From an uncultured Actinomycetota bacterium (GTDB lineage Bacteria; Actinomycetota; Actinomycetes; JACCUZ01): a stretch of DNA of 64,000 bases. The number at the start of each line of letters is the position of its first letter. Positions within the stretch are counted from its first letter, which is position 1. Both the position numbers and the translations under genes were made by a program. The stretch is taken from assembly GCA_963723975.1 (NCBI GenBank), contig CAVRTI010000002.1, forward strand, positions 199,473 to 263,472, written 5' to 3'. The notes under the pieces are model-generated. The model made no database searches and was not told where the DNA came from. It saw only the letters and a list, made by a program, of their open reading frames with translations. This document shows, piece by piece, positions 30,411 through 40,281 of this stretch.

Positions 30411-31085
30411 ATGACCGAGAAGGACCTGACACCCCTGTCGGCGGACGAGCTGGCCGCTGAGGCCGGCACCGCACTTCCGCCGAAGGAAGTGATCTCGCTG
30501 CTCGACCTGAACGTCGACCTCGACCTCGCCCTCGACCTGGCTGCACCGATCGACCTCGCGGTCGCCGCCAACGCCAACGTGGCCGCGCCGATCGACGCGG
30601 CCGTCGGCGCCAACATCCTCTCGGTGGGCTCCACCGCTCAGGCACTGGCTGCCCAGGACGCCTCCATCGACCAGGGGATCAGCGGCGAGGCGGTCGCCAA
30701 CAGCACCCAGGACAGCACCCTCGACCAGGGCAACGACGTCGTGGACGCGGGCACGACCGCACCGGCCGCCGACGGCACGACCGCTCCGGCTGCCGACGCC
30801 GGCAGCACCGGCGTGACGTCCGACCCGACCTCGATGCTGGACGGGGACCTGCTCAACGTCGACGTGAACGCCGCGCTGGACGCGGACATCGCCGCGCCGA
30901 TCGCGGGTGCGGTGGCCGCCAACGCCAACGTCGCCGCGCCGATCGACGCCGCTGTGGCGGCCAACGTCGGGTCCGTCGCCTCGTCGGCGACCGCGGTCGC
31001 CGACCAGGACGTCGTCATCAACCAGCACCTGGACGGCGTCACAGCCGAGGCGAACACCGATCAGCAGTCCGACATCACCCAGTAG
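30411..31085 (+). CDS. acidic Ala/Asp/Asn-rich repeat protein (224 aa), unknown family
   Basis: ATG 30411 with GGGAGG at 30397-30402. Two internal repeats of about 75 aa sharing AVAANANVAAPIDAAV. No Cys, Trp, Tyr, Phe or Arg and no signal peptide. High GC3. Confidence 0.7.
   Translation: MTEKDLTPLSADELAAEAGTALPPKEVISLLDLNVDLDLALDLAAPIDLAVAANANVAAPIDAAVGANILSVGSTAQALAAQDASIDQGISGEAVANSTQDSTLDQGNDVVDAGTTAPAADGTTAPAADAGSTGVTSDPTSMLDGDLLNVDVNAALDADIAAPIAGAVAANANVAAPIDAAVAANVGSVASSATAVADQDVVINQHLDGVTAEANTDQQSDITQ
30564..30965 (+). repeat. in-frame direct repeat: 51-nt cores at 30564-30614 and 30915-30965 (45/51 identical), plus a 24-nt tandem x2 at 30750-30797
   Basis: Aligned by eye. Most differences between the 51-nt copies are synonymous third-position changes. 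The 24-nt tandem unit encodes GTTAPAAD twice. Confidence 0.85.
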
Positions 31086-31097
31086 GCCACGCCACCC

Positions 31098-33459
31098 GTG
31101 ACTGCCACGCCTGACGCCCCGGCCCGGGCGGGAGCCTCCCCCGCGGAGGTGCCCGCCCGGGCTGCTGGCGTGGAGCTGATCGGGGAGCTGCCCGGATCGG
31201 GATACAAGAAGCCGCCGGCTCTCGTACGGCGAGCGGACGGGCAGACGGTCCAGCTGACCCGGCTGCTGTTCATCGTGCTGGAGGAGATCGACGGCCGGCG
31301 AAGCTACGACGAGCTCGCAGCCGCGGTCAGCAACTCCTTCGGCCGTCAGGTGAGCACCGGAGCAGGTCGCCACCCTCGTCGAAGGCCAGCTCCGTCCCCT
31401 CGGCGTGCTGAAGCTGGCGGACGGGACCGAGCCGGAGGTCAGGAAGACCAACCCGTTGCTGGCGGTCCGGCTCAAGAAGGTCGTCACCGACCCCGCCGTC
31501 ACCCGCCGCCTCACCGCACCGTTCGCGGTGCTCTTCCACCCGCTGGTCGTCGTGCCGTTCACGCTGGCTTTCGTGGTCACCGCCGGGTGGGTGCTGTTCC
31601 GCGAGGGACTCGCCGCCGCCACCCGGGATGCCTTCACCGAGCCCGGCCTGTTCCTGCTGGTCTTCGCCGTGACCGCGCTCTCGGCCGGCTTCCACGAGTT
31701 CGGCCACGCCGCCGCGTGCCGCTACGGCGGCGCGACCCCCGGCGCGATGGGCGCCGGGCTCTACCTGGTCTGGCCGGCGTTCTACACCGAGGTGGGCGAC
31801 AGCTACCGCCTCGGCCGGGCGGGCCGGGTCCGCGTCGACCTCGGCGGGCTGTACTTCAACGCGCTGTTCGCGGTCGCCATGTTCGGGGTCTGGGCCGTCT
31901 TCCGCTGGGAGGCGCTGCTGCTCATCATCGCGGCGCAGGTCGTGCAGATGGTCCGGCAGCTGGCGCCGCTCGTCCGGTTCGACGGCTACCACATCCTCGC
32001 CGACCTCACGGGAGTGCCCGACCTCTACTCGCACATCAAGCCCACGCTGGCCGGCCTGCTGCCGCACCGCTGGCGGCACGAGTCCGCCCTGACCTGGTGG
32101 GCCCGTGCGGTGGTCACCGCGTGGGTCCTGCTCGTCGTACCGCTGCTGCTGCTGTCCCTGGTCCTGCTGGTGGTGGCTCTGCCCCGGGCCGCCGCCACGG
32201 CGTGGGAGAGCGTCGGCAACCAGTGGGACGTGCTGACCCAGGCCTGGTCCGCGGGCGCCGTGGCCGAGGTGGGCGTGCGGGTCCTGTCGATCCTCGCGCT
32301 GGCCCTGCCGGTGCTGGCGATGGTCTACCTGCTCGTCCGGGTGGTGCGCCGGACCGTGGTTTCGGTGGCGCGCTCGACCGAGGGTCGGCCGGCCCGCCGG
32401 GCCGTGGCCGTCGCGACCGCGCTCGCCCTGGTCGCGGGCCTCGCGTGGGCCTGGTGGCCCGACGAGGACACCTACCGGCCGATCCAGGGCAACGAGCGGG
32501 GCACGCTGCTCGACGCCGTACCCGCCGCGGTCGCCGACCGGGTTCCCGTGCTCCAGCGGGCCAGGTCCGCCGCCGCGCCCGCCGCGCCGTCGCTGAAGGA
32601 GGGCCAGACCGGGGCCGCCCAGACGCTGTGGGCCAGCGACGAGGCGCCGCCGCCGAAGGACGAGCCGCAGCTGGCGATGGTCCTGGTACCGGCGGACGCC
32701 GCGCCGCAGGGAGCTGCCGGCGCCCTCGAGGTTCCGGCCGAGTCGCCGACCTGGGTCTTCCCGTTCAACAAGCCCGACGCTCCGCTCGAGGGCGACAACC
32801 AGGCGCTCGCCGTCAACACCACGGACGGCTCCATCCGCTATGACGTGGCGTTCGCCCTCGTCTGGGCCGACGACGGCGAGGTCCTGAACGCCAACGAGGC
32901 CTACGCGTTCGCCAGCTGCACCGGCTGTGCCGCGGTAGCGATCGGCTTCCAGGTGATCCTGGTGCTCGGTCAGGCCGACGTCGTCGTGCCGCAGAACATC
33001 GCGGCGGCGGTCAACTACAACTGCGTGGCGTGCGCGACGTACGCGCTCGCCCAGCAGCTCGTGCTCACCCTCGACGGGCCGCTCAGCGACGAGGGGATGG
33101 CGGCGATCGAGGCAGTCTGGGCGCAGATCCAGCAGTTCGGCAGCACCATCCAGGACGTGCCGGTCGGTCAGATCCAGTCGACGCTGGCCGGCTTCGAGAA
33201 GCAGATCCTCGACATCGTCGAGGCCGAGTCCGCCGGCGAGACACCGACGGCTCCGCCCTCGCCGACGGGCTCCTCGCCGACCGCCGACCCGTCCGCTTCC
33301 ACGTCGGGCGGGACGGCACCGACCGGCGAGCCGTCGATCTCCGGCTCACCAGGGCAGACCCCGTCGCCGGCGACGACCGGCGACGGGACGACGGGCACGC
33401 CCACCGCGACCGCCGAGCCGACCGGCGCGGCTTCCTCGGCCGCGGCCACCGTTCCGTGA
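31098..33459 (+). pseudogene. membrane HExxH (M50-like) metalloprotease with PqqD/RRE-like N-terminal domain, frameshifted at 31353-31359
   Basis: GTG 31098 lies 12 nt after the upstream stop. N-terminus QLTRLLFIVLEEIDGRRSYDELAAAVSNSFGRQVS-PEQVATLVEGQLRPLGVL resembles PqqD. Polytopic core carries HEFGH. A C-terminal region of about 300 aa has two CxxC pairs and a Pro/Thr/Ser tail. ORFs 31098.. and 31405.. join across a +1 indel. Confidence 0.8.
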
Positions 33460-33472
33460 CCCGTCGGTGACG

Positions 33473-34006
33473 TCAGCCGCCTGAGACCTGCTCCCGGGAC
33501 CGCAGGATGGCCTGCCTCCTGGCCAACCGGTGCGCCCGCCGGATCTCTGCCTCGGCGAAGCGGCGACGGTCCTCCGCGGTCTCCGGCTGCACCGGGGGCA
33601 CCGGGCGCGGCTGCCCGTTCTCGTCGACGGCGACGAACACGAGGTACGCCGTGGCGACCCGCGTCGGCGGCACGCCCGCGCGGTTCCACGGCTCGGCGAG
33701 CACCCGGACGCCCACCTCCATCGAGGTGGTGCCCGACCAGTTGACCTGGGCCTCGGCGTGCACCAGGTCGCCGACTCGCACCGGTTCGACGAAGTCCATC
33801 TCGTCCATCGACGCAGTCACCGCAGGGCCACCGGAGTGCCGCTGCGCGACGACGCCGGCCACGTCGTCGACGAGCTTCATCACCACGCCGCCGTGCACCG
33901 TTCCCAGCAGGTTCGTGTCCAGCACGGTCATGATCCGGCTCAGGGTGCTGCGCGCGGCACTGGTCGGCTTGCCGTCGAACGGGGGGACATCGGTCATGAG
34001 GCGCAA
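33473..34006 (-). CDS. acyl-CoA thioesterase (hotdog fold)
   Basis: LGTVHGGVVMKLVDDVAG and overall acyl-CoA hydrolase pattern. ATG 34006 or 33997. Confidence 0.85.
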   Translation of the reverse strand: MRLMTDVPPFDGKPTSAARSTLSRIMTVLDTNLLGTVHGGVVMKLVDDVAGVVAQRHSGGPAVTASMDEMDFVEPVRVGDLVHAEAQVNWSGTTSMEVGVRVLAEPWNRAGVPPTRVATAYLVFVAVDENGQPRPVPPVQPETAEDRRRFAEAEIRRAHRLARRQAILRSREQVSGG

Positions 34007-34021
34007 GGGTACGGTCGTCGG

Positions 34022-35215
34022 ATGAGCGGACCCAGGGACTGGCCGGAGGGCTGGTCGCGCGAGGACGGCACCCGCCGTCCCCCTGCGGGCAGCCCGCGCC
34101 CCGCGGCGAGCGGCCCGCGCCCCGGGCCCGCGGCCGGCGGCGACTCGGAGCGCACCCAGGTGCTGCCGCCCGCTACCGGCCGGCCCGGCTCGCGCTCACC
34201 CTCGCCGTACCCCGAGACAGCGCGACCTCGCCGCGGCGACCACCCGCCGCCGGAGTTCTCGCACCCGCGGCGGCGCAGCGGCGGTGGGGCCGGCCGCTGG
34301 ACGAAGCGGGTGCTGCTGGCGCTGCTGCTCGTCCTGGTGCTCCTGGTGGGCACGATGCTGTTCTTCTTCACCCGCATCGAGAAGGTCGACGCGCTGCGTG
34401 ACTACGACGGCCGACCGGCACCGGCGTCCGGCACCAACTGGCTGATCATCGGCTCGGACAGCCGCGAGGGCCTCAGCGACGAGCAGGTGAAGGACCTGCA
34501 CCTGGGCAAGGTGGCCGGCCGACGTACGGACACGATCATCCTGCTGCACAAGCCGGACAGCGGAGAGCCCACGCTGGTCAGTCTCCCCCGCGACTCCTAC
34601 GTGCCGATCCCCGGACACGGCCGCGACAAGCTGAACGCCGCCTACGCCTTCGGTGGTGCCCCGCTGCTCGCGCAGACGGTCGAGAACACGACCGGGCTGC
34701 GCATCGACCACTACTCCGAGGTCGGCTTCGGCGGCTTCGTCGGGATGACCGACGCGGTGGGCGGCGTCGAGCTCTGCCCCAAGCGCAAGATCCGTGACCG
34801 CAAGAGCGGACTCGACGTCGCCAAGGGCTGCCAGCCGATGGACGGCCCGACGGCGCTGGCCTACGTCCGGGCCCGCTACTTCGACCCGCAGGGCGACCTC
34901 GGCCGGGTCCAGCGGCAGCAGGAGTTCCTCGGCGCGGTCTTCGACGAGGCGGCCAGCCCCGCCACGCTGCTCAACCCGTTCCGCATCCTGAAGCTCGGCG
35001 ACGCCGCGACCACCGCGCTGACCATCGACGAGGGCGACGGACCGTGGTCGCTGGTGCAGTTCGCGCTGACGATGCGCGCGGTCGCCGGCGGTGGCGGCCA
35101 GCGGATCACGGTGCCGGTGGCCGACCCGGACTTCCGGACCCCGAGCGGTGCCTCCGCCGTCCGCTGGGACCGCGCCCGAGCCCTCGAGCTCTTCCGCACC
35201 CTCCGCACCAACTGA
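34022..35215 (+). CDS. LCP family (LytR-CpsA-Psr) protein
   Basis: ATG 34022 inside ORF 33530..35215. Pro-rich N-terminus, TM anchor, then LCP core (WLIIGSDSR, RTDTIILLH, LPRDSYV, DKLNAAYAFGG, ALAYVRAR). Confidence 0.9.
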   Translation: MSGPRDWPEGWSREDGTRRPPAGSPRPAASGPRPGPAAGGDSERTQVLPPATGRPGSRSPSPYPETARPRRGDHPPPEFSHPRRRSGGGAGRWTKRVLLALLLVLVLLVGTMLFFFTRIEKVDALRDYDGRPAPASGTNWLIIGSDSREGLSDEQVKDLHLGKVAGRRTDTIILLHKPDSGEPTLVSLPRDSYVPIPGHGRDKLNAAYAFGGAPLLAQTVENTTGLRIDHYSEVGFGGFVGMTDAVGGVELCPKRKIRDRKSGLDVAKGCQPMDGPTALAYVRARYFDPQGDLGRVQRQQEFLGAVFDEAASPATLLNPFRILKLGDAATTALTIDEGDGPWSLVQFALTMRAVAGGGGQRITVPVADPDFRTPSGASAVRWDRARALELFRTLRTN

Positions 35216-35247
35216 CCCGCCCCCCTTGCCAGTCCGCGGTCAGACCC

Positions 35248-35276
35248 TTGACAGCGGCGACACAGCGGCCTAACTT
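35248..35276 (+). promoter_or_regulatory. candidate sigma-70-type promoter, TTGACA-17 nt-TAACTT
   Basis: TTGACA at 35248-35253 and TAACTT at 35271-35276, about 120 nt upstream of glpF. Confidence 0.4.
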
Positions 35277-35288
35277 CACCGAAACGCT

Positions 35289-35305
35289 GTTCGACATCGT
35301 CGAAC
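35289..35305. promoter_or_regulatory. operator-like palindrome GTTCGAC-ATC-GTCGAAC
   Basis: 7-bp perfect inverted arms just downstream of the candidate -10. A near-identical 17-mer occurs at 40246-40262. A tandem GATCGTCCG x2 follows at 35320-35337. Confidence 0.45.
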
Positions 35306-35398
35306 GCGATCGCGGCGACGATCGTCCGGATCGTCCGATTTCCAGGGAGGTGGAGTCCACCCGTCCCGGGTCCCCGGGCTCCGCGGCTGGACACCCGC

Positions 35399-36166
35399 AT
35401 GGAACCCAGCTCACGTGCGCAGCAATGGCTGGCCGAGGCTCTCGGCACCGGCTTCCTCGTCTTCATCGGCGCCGGGTCGATCCCCGCGACGCTGATCCTC
35501 GGCAACGCCGGCGACGTCGCCTTCTCGATGGCCGACCTCGGCATGATCTCCTTCGCCTTCATGCTGGTGATCGTCGGCATGGTCTACGCCCTCGGCCACA
35601 TCTCCGGCTGCCACATCAACCCGGCGGTCACCGTCGCGCTGGCCGCCACCGGCAAGTTCGCGTGGAAGGACGTGCCCGGCTACGTCGCGGCGCAGGTCGT
35701 CGGCGCGACAGCGGGCGCGCTGGCCATCGTCGGCACCCTCGGCAAGACCGCGGCCGACCTCGGCCTCGGCATGACGACGTACGGCGACAGCACACCGTTC
35801 GCGCGCGCCACCTTTGCCGAGTTCATCGGCACCGCCCTGCTGGCGTTCGTCATCTTCGGTGTCATCGACGGCCGGGCAGCGCCTGGCTGGGCCGGCCTGG
35901 CCATCGGATCGATCGTCTTCGCCATCATCATCGTCGTGGGCCCGGCGACCGGCGCATCGCTCAACCCGGCCCGCTACCTCGGCCCGATGTTCGTCGGCGA
36001 GGGCTTCGACGCGACCGTGCAGTGGTCGCAGCTGCCTGCCTACCTCATCGGTGAGTTCCTCGGCGCCATCGCCGGTGCGTTCGCCTACCTGACGGTGGCC
36101 CGGACCCGCCCGGCGACCAGCGTCCCCGCCCAGTCATCCCGTGTCGCAGAAGAGGTGTCCGCATGA
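35399..36166 (+). CDS. glpF: MIP-family channel (aquaglyceroporin-like)
   Basis: Two NPA boxes (HINPAVT, SLNPARY). ATGA overlap with dhaK. Confidence 0.9.
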   Translation: MEPSSRAQQWLAEALGTGFLVFIGAGSIPATLILGNAGDVAFSMADLGMISFAFMLVIVGMVYALGHISGCHINPAVTVALAATGKFAWKDVPGYVAAQVVGATAGALAIVGTLGKTAADLGLGMTTYGDSTPFARATFAEFIGTALLAFVIFGVIDGRAAPGWAGLAIGSIVFAIIIVVGPATGASLNPARYLGPMFVGEGFDATVQWSQLPAYLIGEFLGAIAGAFAYLTVARTRPATSVPAQSSRVAEEVSA

Positions 36167-37157
36167 AGAAGCTCATCAACGCCCCCGACGACGTCGTCGT
36201 GGAGGCCCTGCGCGGCATCGCCGCCGCCCACCCGTCGCTGTCCGTCGACGTCGAGAACAAGGTCATCAGCCGGATCGGCGGCGCGACGGCCGGCAAGGTC
36301 GGACTGGTCTCCGGCGGCGGCTCCGGTCACGAGCCCCTGCACGGCGGGTTCGTCGGGTTCGGCATGCTCGACGCCGCCTGCCCCGGCGAGGTGTTCACCT
36401 CGCCGGTGCCCGACCAGATGCTGCTCGCCACCCAGCGGGTCGACGGCGGCGCCGGGGTCCTGCACATCGTGAAGAACTACACCGGCGACGTGCTGAACTT
36501 CCAGATGGCCGCCGAGCTCGCGTCGGACGAGAACATCGAGGTCGCCTCGGTCGTCGTCAACGACGACGTCGCGGTGCAGGACAGCCTGTACACCGCCGGC
36601 CGTCGCGGCACCGGTGCGACGGTCTTCGTCGAGAAGATCGCCGGCGCGCTCGCCGAGCAGCGCAAGGAGCTCAAGTCGGTGGCCGACGTCGCCCGCGAGG
36701 TCAACGAGCGGTCGCGGTCGTTCGGCGTCGCGCTCACCGCGTGCACCCACGCCGGCCTCGGGACAGCCGGGTTTCGACCTGCCCGACGACGAGATCGAGC
36801 TGGGCGTCGGCATCCACGGCGAGCCGGGTCGGGAGCGCGGCCCGATGCGGTCCGCGCGCCGAGATCGTCGACTTCTCGCTGGCCGCCATCGACGACGACA
36901 TGCCGCTCGAGGGCGAGCTGGCGGTGATGGTCAACGGCATGGGCGGCACCCCGCTCATCGAGCTGTACGTGGTCTTCGAGGAGGTACGCCGGGTGGTGGC
37001 CGCCAAGGGGGCGACCATCGCGCGGGCCCTCGTCGGCAACTACATCACCAGTCTGGACATGACCGGCGCCTCGATCACCGTGCTGCGCCTGACCCCGGAC
37101 CTCACCACGCTCTGGGACGCTCCTGTGGAGACGCCCGCACTGCGATGGGGGCGCTGA
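36163..37157 (+). pseudogene. dhaK: dihydroxyacetone kinase subunit DhaK, two frameshifts (near 36751 and 36860)
   Basis: The conserved DhaK sequence is spread over three frames: ...[10 protein letters not shown]...ALTACTH | [35 protein letters not shown] | [10 protein letters not shown]...NGMGGTP...RWGR-stop. Confidence 0.85.
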
Positions 37158-37165
37158 GGACCATC

Positions 37166-37819
37166 ATGGAAGAGGTGCTGCTGGTGGACGTCACGACCGT
37201 CGCCGACTGGATCACGCGGGCCAGCTCGGACTTCGAGGAGAACAAGGACCACCTCACGCACCTCGACTCCGCGATCGGGGATGCCGACCACGGCATCAAC
37301 CTGGTCCGGGGGTTCACCGCCGCCGTCGCGGCGGTGGCCGAGAAGCAGCCCCCGACCCCTGGCGAGCTGCTCACCCTGGTGGGCAACACGCTGATCTCCA
37401 AGGTCGGGGGCGCTTCCGGCCCGCTGTACGGGACGGCGTTCCGGCGGGCCGGCAAGGTCCTGGGCACCGAGTCCGACGTCGCCCCGGAGGCGCTCGGGGC
37501 GGCACTGCAGGCCGGGCTGGAAGGCGTGCAGGGGCTGGGAGCCGCGGCCGAGGGCGACAAGACGATGGTCGACGCGCTCGCTCCCGCGGTCCGCGCCTAC
37601 CAGCACGCGCTCACCACCGGCGCGACCATCGCGGACGCGGCGCAGGCGGCCGCTGCCGCAGCCGAGAAGGGAGCGGAAGCGACCATCCCGATGCAGGCGC
37701 TCAAGGGCCGCGCGAGCTATCTGGGCGCCCGCAGCGTCGGTCACCAGGATCCCGGCGCGACGTCCACCGCGCTGCTGCTCGCGGCGCTGGCCGCGGCACT
37801 GGGCGGGCCCGGGTCATGA
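37166..37819 (+). CDS. dhaL: dihydroxyacetone kinase ADP-binding subunit DhaL
   Basis: DSAIGDADHGINL and GGASGPLYG motifs. ATG 37166 with GAGGA 6 nt upstream; ATG 37145 is an alternative. Confidence 0.85.
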   Translation: MEEVLLVDVTTVADWITRASSDFEENKDHLTHLDSAIGDADHGINLVRGFTAAVAAVAEKQPPTPGELLTLVGNTLISKVGGASGPLYGTAFRRAGKVLGTESDVAPEALGAALQAGLEGVQGLGAAAEGDKTMVDALAPAVRAYQHALTTGATIADAAQAAAAAAEKGAEATIPMQALKGRASYLGARSVGHQDPGATSTALLLAALAAALGGPGS

Positions 37820-39430
37820 GCTCGTCCTACTCCGCAGTCACCTGCTCCCCCGGGGTGGCGCTGGCCCCGGGTTGGCGACCGCGGGGTGCGGTGCCCGACC
37901 CGGCACCGCCGGCGGTCGTCACGACGGCGGCGGTCCGGGACGCGTTCGAGGCCACCGCCGCTCACCTCGACCAGCTGGCCGGGTCGTTCCGCGGCGACGG
38001 CGTCACGGCGTACGCCGACATCCTCGACGCCGAGGCGCTGATCGCCCGGGACCCGGCCTTCCTGGCCGAGGTGGTCGCGCTGATGGAGGACGACGGCGTC
38101 GAGGCCGTCGCAGCGGTCACCCGGGTGGCCGAACGCCACGCCGACCTGATGGCCGGGCTGGCGTCCGCCGACCTGCGCGAGCGGGCCGCCGACATCCGTC
38201 AGGTCGGCCGGATGGTCATCGACCGGCTCGGCGGGCGGGTGCAGCCCACCCCGCCCGCCGGCCCGTTCGTCCTGCTGGCGCAGGAGGTCACCGCACCGGA
38301 CCTGCTGGAGTACGCCGAGCAGCTGGCCGGTGCGGTCTCGGTGCTCGGCGGCCCGGCCTCGCACGCGTCGATCGTGGCGCGCTCGCTCGGCGTACCGCTG
38401 GTGGTGGGGGTCAGCCCACCGCCCTGGATGCCGCGGAGGGCGCGCCGGTCCTGGTCGACGGCGACGCCGGTGCGCTCGTGGTGGCGCCCGACCCTGCGGC
38501 GGTCCGCCGGGTGCACGCGCGGGCGGGCGGCCCGTCGTCGGTCGAGCTCGCAGCGGCCCGGGCGCTGCCTGCCCGGACGGCCGACGGCACCGACGTCACA
38601 CTGCTGGCGAACGTCGCGTCGAGCCTCGAGGCCCGGCGCGCTCTGGAGGCCGGAGCAGCGGGCGTCGGTCTGCTCCGGACCGAGCTGCCGTTCCTCGATG
38701 CCCAGGACTGGCCGAGCCGCGACCAGCACGAGGCAGCTCTGCGCCCGGTGCTGGAGGTCCTGGGCGGCCGCCCGGTCACCGTGCGGCTGCTCGACTTCAC
38801 CCACGACAAGGTGCCGCCGTTCCTGCGTGGCCGCGGTGACGAGTCGTCGCTGGCCCTGCTGCTGGCCCACGGCGACGCGCTGGACTCCCAGCTCCGTGCG
38901 GTCCTCGCCGCCGGGCGCGGGGTCGACCTGCGGCTGATGCTGCCCATGGTCACCCGGCCCGAGGAGCTGGAGCAGGTGCGGGCCCGGCTGGGTCCGGCGG
39001 CCCGTGCGGTCGGTGTGGAGCGGCTCCCCGCGCTGGGCGCGATGCTCGAGCTGCCGGCCGCGATCGACGCCCTGCCCGAGCTGGTCGCGGTGGCGGACTT
39101 CTTCTCCCTCGGGACCAACGACCTCACGGCGTCCACCCTGGGGCTGGACCGGTCCGACCCGCGGCTGACGCCTGCGCTCGCGACCGATCCGGCGGTGCTG
39201 CGCCTGGTCGAGCGCGCGGTGGTGCTCACCGGTCAGGCCGGCCGGCCGCTCTCGCTGTGCGGCGACGCCGGGGCCGACCCGCAGGCGTTCGCCCGGCTGC
39301 TGGCTGCCGGGGTCCGGACCTTCAGCGTCGCGCCGTCCCGGATCGACCAGGTCCGTGCGATGGTGCGTGCCGCGTCGGTCGCCCCCGACCGCGACCCCTG
39401 CTCAGCCAGGCGGCCGGTTCCGGTGCGTAG
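37816..39430 (+). pseudogene. PEP-utilising phosphotransferase (PTS enzyme I-like), frameshifted near 38416; 3' end uncertain
   Basis: ATGA overlap with dhaL. GGPASHASIVARSLGVPLVVG (catalytic His), SLGTNDLT, LCGDAGADP. ORFs 37816.. and 37872.. join across a -1 indel in a C run. There is no in-frame stop until 40289, so the end is inferred. Confidence 0.75.
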
Positions 39431-40202
39431 CGCGGGGCTCGGCGTGCAGCGCGCGGGTCGCACCCAGGTCGCGGGAGACCGCCCGCGCGGTCTCGACCAC
39501 CGCTCGGGACAGCCGCGCCTTCGCCTGCCGTTGCAGCAGCCGCTCGGCCGGCCCGACGACGCCCAGCGAGCCGACCGCGCGGCCGCCGTGGTCGAAGATG
39601 GCGGCCGCGATGCCACCGTCGCCGACGTTCGCCTCCTGGTTCTCGACCGCGAAGCCCTTGTCCAGCACCGTTCCCAGTGCCTTGCGCAACGCCTCGGGCG
39701 ACGTGCGGGTGCGACCGGTCAGTGCGCGCAGCGGCTGAGCGAGCAGGGCGTCGACCTCGCCGTCCGGCAGGGCTGCGACCATCGCCTGGCCGAGTGCGCA
39801 GGCGTGCCACGGGATCGTCGCGCCGACCTCGAGGATCTGCACGGCGTCGTCCGGGCGGAACTCGTGGTGCACCACCATCACCGCGTCGTCCACCAGGACC
39901 GAGACCCAGACCGCCTCGTCGACCTGCCGCGCCAGCGAGCCGGCGCGCAGCATCGAGCGGGCCCGCAGCTCCGAGCCGGCCAGGTAGGCGTTGCCGAGCT
40001 GGAGCACCCGCGGCCCGAGCGAGTACCTGCCGGTCGCCACGTCCTGGCTCACCAGCCCGCTCTGCTCCAGGGTGCGCAGCAGGCCGTGCACGGTGGGCTT
40101 GGCCAGTTCCAGCCGGGCGCCGAGCTCGGTGACGCCGAGGGTGGGGCTGCCCGAGCCCAGCTCGTGCAGGATCCGCGCCGCCCGGTCGACCGACTGGATC
40201 AT
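39402..40202 (-). CDS. IclR-family transcriptional regulator
   Basis: N-terminal wHTH (SVDRAARILHELG...LGVTELGARLELAKPTVHGLLRTLEQSGLV) and an IclR effector domain. Confidence 0.9.
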   Translation of the reverse strand: MIQSVDRAARILHELGSGSPTLGVTELGARLELAKPTVHGLLRTLEQSGLVSQDVATGRYSLGPRVLQLGNAYLAGSELRARSMLRAGSLARQVDEAVWVSVLVDDAVMVVHHEFRPDDAVQILEVGATIPWHACALGQAMVAALPDGEVDALLAQPLRALTGRTRTSPEALRKALGTVLDKGFAVENQEANVGDGGIAAAIFDHGGRAVGSLGVVGPAERLLQRQAKARLSRAVVETARAVSRDLGATRALHAEPRATHRNRPPG

Positions 40203-40245
40203 GCCTGTCCCCTTCCTCGCGGGCGCCGGACCGATCCGGGACCCC

Positions 40246-40262
40246 GTTCAGCATCGTCGAAC
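40246..40262. promoter_or_regulatory. operator-like 17-mer GTTCAGCATCGTCGAAC
   Basis: 15/17 identical to 35289-35305. Lies in the IclR / dhaM divergent intergenic region, 20 nt upstream of the dhaM ATG. Confidence 0.45.
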
Positions 40263-40281
40263 ACAGATGAGGATAGAGGCA

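Noticed and set aside
30411-31085. CRISPR-like or non-coding tandem array, suggested by repeated DNA segments
   Set aside because: The repeats are in frame and few (two 51-nt cores about 350 nt apart, plus a 24-nt x2 tandem). They differ mainly at synonymous positions and sit in an ORF with an RBS, so they are coding repeats and not a spacer-repeat array.
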